Below, piece by piece: positions 52,345 to 54,116 of a stretch of DNA of 54,116 nt. This DNA comes from Macrostomum lignano (taxonomy: Eukaryota), in NCBI GenBank assembly GCA_002269645.1, contig NIVC01004225.1, forward strand, positions 1-54,116. Reading direction: 5' to 3'. Below the pieces are notes generated by a model. It had not been told where the DNA came from. It saw only the letters and a list, made by a program, of their open reading frames with translations, and made no database searches. The translations under genes and the position numbers were made by a program. Each line of letters opens with the position of its first letter. Within the stretch, counting starts at the first letter, position 1.

Positions 52345-54116
52345 TACAATTGACCGCATAAAAATACTTCGATTATACTTCGAACTTGTAGCTACTTCGA
52401 TTACAGGAAATAGTAAATAAACAATATGATCGCCACTAAGGCTATTAAATTCTCGATAAAAAAGTGGCAGTTGTGCTTCAGCGATCACTCAGTTTTATTC
52501 ACTGAGGTTAAACTCAATTTTATACATGAAAATTTTCGTTAATTTAGTCTGAAGAGGCGCTTGTTGATTTTAGAAAATATTGAATATTTTATTTAGCTGT
52601 CCATCTTGAAGTCATTAGCAGATATAACTGTGGGACACTGGTATGTAACTGATTGACCATTGACCATGCAGGGACAGAGAGGACTTCATCTGGTACATGT
52701 ATTCTTACGCTCGTGAGTCTCTTATTAAAATAAAAAAATAAAAATAAAAAAGAAATATTTATTGATCTAACTAATGTCACACTTCCTCTCGAAAATTGAG
52801 TCAAAATTTTCGCTGTTTTAAATTGAATTTATTCGGCCTGGAGTTCAGCATAAAAACAAAAAGTAAATCGAAAGTGTTATTGCTCCACTGAAAAAGAGGG
52901 AATTAACAGAAGGGGCACTGCAGCCAACCAATCAAAATATCAAAAGTTGACGCGGATTAACATGGAATTCCAGTGACCGCGAGGCACTAGATGACGGAAC
53001 TACTTACTCGGCGCGGATGATGTGGCCTGCCAGGCTGTCGAGTCGCCTTCACGATGCAACATGTTTGGTTCGTGACGATACAGCGCGCAGTACTAACTCG
53101 CTCGTTGCCCTCACTATCTTTCAGACGCCAGCTCTCCAGCTGCAGAGGCAGGGCACATGCTAGCTAGTCTTGACCACTACCGAAACTTGTGTCAGTCCTG
53201 AACCTTCGACTTGCATACAGTATATGACGTCGATGCTCACAGAACAAAAGGACAAGACTCCCGTCAAGCCCGCATCGACAGCTCGTATAGCGATGTTAAG
53301 AGAACCAGAATGGAAGTTTCCTCGCCAGCATATATTGACACAATCAGCCTATAAATGTCATCCCCGCGGGACGCAGAGCACAACGGTTCTTTCTGCGTGT
53401 TGACCCACTATAGGCGACACTCGCCGCAACAACAGCTAGCAACAAATTGTCCAGCACCGGCCTTGACAGCTTGAGAACGCAGGCAGTGCGAGATCGTCGG
53501 CTCAGACATATATGGAAGCAGAGTTTATTAAGTCACTATAAATTAGTGCATAAAAGAAACTATAAGTACACACAATATACCGCGATATACAGATATAGTT
53601 GAAACGAAGAAAGATACTGCAGATTTTTCGTGAGTGTATCATAATTTAATGACTCGACTAATTAACTCTCAGTAATGCCAAAATGTCACGTCCAGTCAGC
53701 AGCGCAGATACTAGAATGACTAGATAGGCCACTCAGGCACATATACTTAGTCAAAATGCAGCTTTTATTTGTCTACTTTCAGTTCAGTAAGCAAAGAAGA
53801 ATACACGTAGGCTAGCTATTTATAAAAATAAATTAAGACAACTGAAATAACTTTGATAAGCTTAGAAGCCCAAAGCTAGCTTGCAGGCGTAAACAACTTG
53901 AGAATTGGTTCAGCAATAATATGTACGAATGTGCATTAGCGCAGTTTTACTGAAATGTACGTGGCAGCTTTAAGCTGGAATTCTGAGAAAGGCAATAAAA
54001 ATTGCGGTGCGGGGGTAGTGTGCGGAAAGGCGCGGGATAAGAGCCAAAATAAGCCTGATTGGCATTAAAATACATTAAAATACTTCAGTTTAACTTACTA
54101 CTGAACTGAAAATAGC

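Noticed and set aside
52980-53500. GC-richer stretch with coding-like composition
   Set aside because: No sustained ORF or recognisable motif on either strand.

Overview
Eukaryotic (metazoan) genomic DNA. It has GT-AG spliced genes, GC-rich exons, and introns largely filled with micro- and minisatellites. This style resembles a free-living flatworm such as Macrostomum, but that is inference only. Left third (4-20 kb): four co-oriented minus-strand genes, namely a divergent type II pantothenate kinase (3'-partial), an ELOVL elongase, ATP synthase subunit c and N-myristoyltransferase. Middle: a Ser-rich ORF with a possible C8orf48/DUF4606-like C-terminus, a secreted PAN/apple + TSP1-like gene, and a decayed GPCR. 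Right half: four intronless paralogues plus one fragment, encoding secreted Cys-rich (PAN-like) + ConA/LamG-like lectin proteins. They share a near-identical ~0.5 kb 'constant' tract followed by a highly divergent C-terminal half, and this is the most striking observation. Two TIR elements with TA|CCCAG...CTGGG|TA ends are also present: a 5 kb element carrying a spliced DUF4806-like gene but no visible transposase, and a 1.35 kb foldback whose interior is a minisatellite built from its own TIR motif. No tRNA, rRNA or CRISPR array was found. Scattered single-base indels suggest imperfect long-read consensus, so frameshifts are uncertain. All domain assignments come from recalled motifs, not database searches.
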